This document shows, piece by piece, positions 62,401 to 64,000 of a DNA stretch of 64,000 nucleotides. Within the stretch, counting starts at the first letter, position 1. Each line of letters opens with the position of its first letter. The DNA comes from Marsupella aquatica. Taxonomy: Eukaryota > Plantae > Marchantiophyta. Position numbers and translations under genes: made by a program. Under the pieces are notes generated by a model. The model was given only the letters and a program-made list of their open reading frames with translations. It did not search any database and was not told the origin of the DNA. The stretch is taken from assembly GCA_973895155.1 (NCBI GenBank), contig OZ316898.1, positions 19,045,292 through 19,109,291 on the forward strand. Reading direction: 5' to 3'.

Positions 62401-64000
62401 AATATCCCCAAACTTTCAATTGGAAGATTCTTTAGGGTTTAGGGTTTAGCCTCAATCCAAGCAAGGTCATATACCATATGCAAAGTTTTTGGGTAGTATA
62501 CACCCTAAACCACAAGGAAAATTGGTTTTGGTTAGTATTTGTCTACCCCTAACTATATGGAGTGTATTACTAAATTTGGTAAATATATAAATAAAAACCC
62601 CCATAATTTTCATAGTTTGCATAATTCTTGAAATTGTTTCAACACCCGTATTGTTCTTCAACAAAACTTTTAAAGTTTTTTTCCCGGCCCAATCAAATTT
62701 AAAAACCATAACTTATTTGTGTGCATGATGCGTTGGTTATAGAACTGCAGACCCTGAGGTTGCGCTCAGAATAGAAGCAAAAACTTGCAATTCACATCAT
62801 AGATTCCTTGGTTTCCAATACACTGTCCAATAGTAAAGGGCCGTCAAGTCATGGTGAGGATGTTATTCCTATGAAAGCAAAGAAGAGAAAAGGTCTCTCC
62901 AGATAGTGCAAACAACATGGCTTCGGTAATTTGTGACTCTTTATCCTTCACAGCAGTTTCCAAAGCTAATAGGTTCACAATAGAAGTTTGATTACATTAG
63001 TATTGCTAAATTATGAACCATTATGTATCCAAATATGGTCGCGATGGTCGTGGATTCACAAATCCGGTGCAAGACAACTAGTATCTAAACAAGTTGCAAA
63101 GTCAATAAGATCCCAAATGGAGTGCGATGTATTTAGCTTTGCAACATCAAGTTGCAAGATTTAGAGCATGGGATATTGTGATGCGTGTTTCATCACAAAT
63201 TATCTGAAGGCGCTGACATTGCAAGATCTTCCTGACACCAAAAACCACCTTTGCAAAAGGGGCCAATAGGTAGTAGCACTGTTGTATTTGCCTTGGGCCT
63301 TGAGAGTAGGACCAATATCTTATCTTTATGAGAAAAAACTTGTTTCTTTCATTTGCTTTGACATACTTTCTAGCAACTTGAATTGAAAACCTGTTAAAGT
63401 TTTTTCCAATTCTAGAATTGTAGAGATACTTATGGTGACTTATGGAGTTCTATGCATTTGAGATCAAATATGCATCTTATTTCTACTTTGAATTAGAGTG
63501 AGTTTATATTATGTAACTTAACCAATTGAAGTGGTAGGTCATTGACTAAAAATTCAAAGATGTTCATGATTATAAGAAGGAAGAGACAACCAGACAGATA
63601 TTTTACTTTTACATGGATGACAAGGAGCAACACAATAAGTAGTTTGTGGACCCGTTGCTACATTTTTTAGGCCTTGTTTGAGTAAGAATAATGTATGTTG
63701 CAAGCCTAGAGAGGCATGACGTTGTAGTAGCTCACTCTATTTGTTCAACTGTTGTGGCTTACTTTTTCCAACTATTGTGCCTTACTCTTCCCTTTCTGGG
63801 GTTTCACAGATTTCCCTTAAAAAAAAGAAAAAGTGTGCAATATTAACTTTAACTCAAGTTGTGAGAGGCTATTATGGTCCAAAATGCTCTGGTATCACAG
63901 ATTATTATGATGAGATAGTTTTACAAATTTCAGTGAAAGGATAGGAGAAATTACCTCTATTTTGCAATCTTCTTCTTAATGACCAGGAAAATAAGGGCTT

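Overview
This is eukaryotic land-plant genomic DNA with spliceosomal introns and a heavy transposon load. A bryophyte/liverwort origin is plausible but only inferred. Three host genes lie on the minus strand: the 5' end of an NPF (NRT1/PTR) transporter (exons 830-635 and 117-1, running off the window); a 6-exon, ~549-aa protein with four tandem ZZ-type zinc fingers and a Gly-rich tail carrying repeated DFSSL motifs (8048-3690); and an intronless group-IX-like AP2/ERF factor (31587-30334) with a helically phased array of six GTAC motifs upstream. Most of the rest is nested TEs: a truncated Bianca-type Copia, a 3' fragment of a CRE-like (restriction-like endonuclease) non-LTR element, Helitron, Tourist-like and MULE-like non-autonomous elements, satellites, and an Athila-like Gypsy derivative with two paralogous accessory-ORF modules. 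The standout is a complete 9.65-kb CACTA transposon (34064-43717, TAA target-site duplication). Its transposase (TnpD) gene carries, inside intron 1, an in-frame alternative terminal exon encoding a SET-domain (lysine methyltransferase-like) protein. One shared first exon can therefore give either the transposase or a SET protein. The same element has a divergently transcribed TnpA-like gene and internal clusters of its subterminal TTCGCAA motif. Together these suggest a transposon-borne chromatin-modifying (possibly anti-silencing) system. Exon structures were deduced by hand and no database searches were run.
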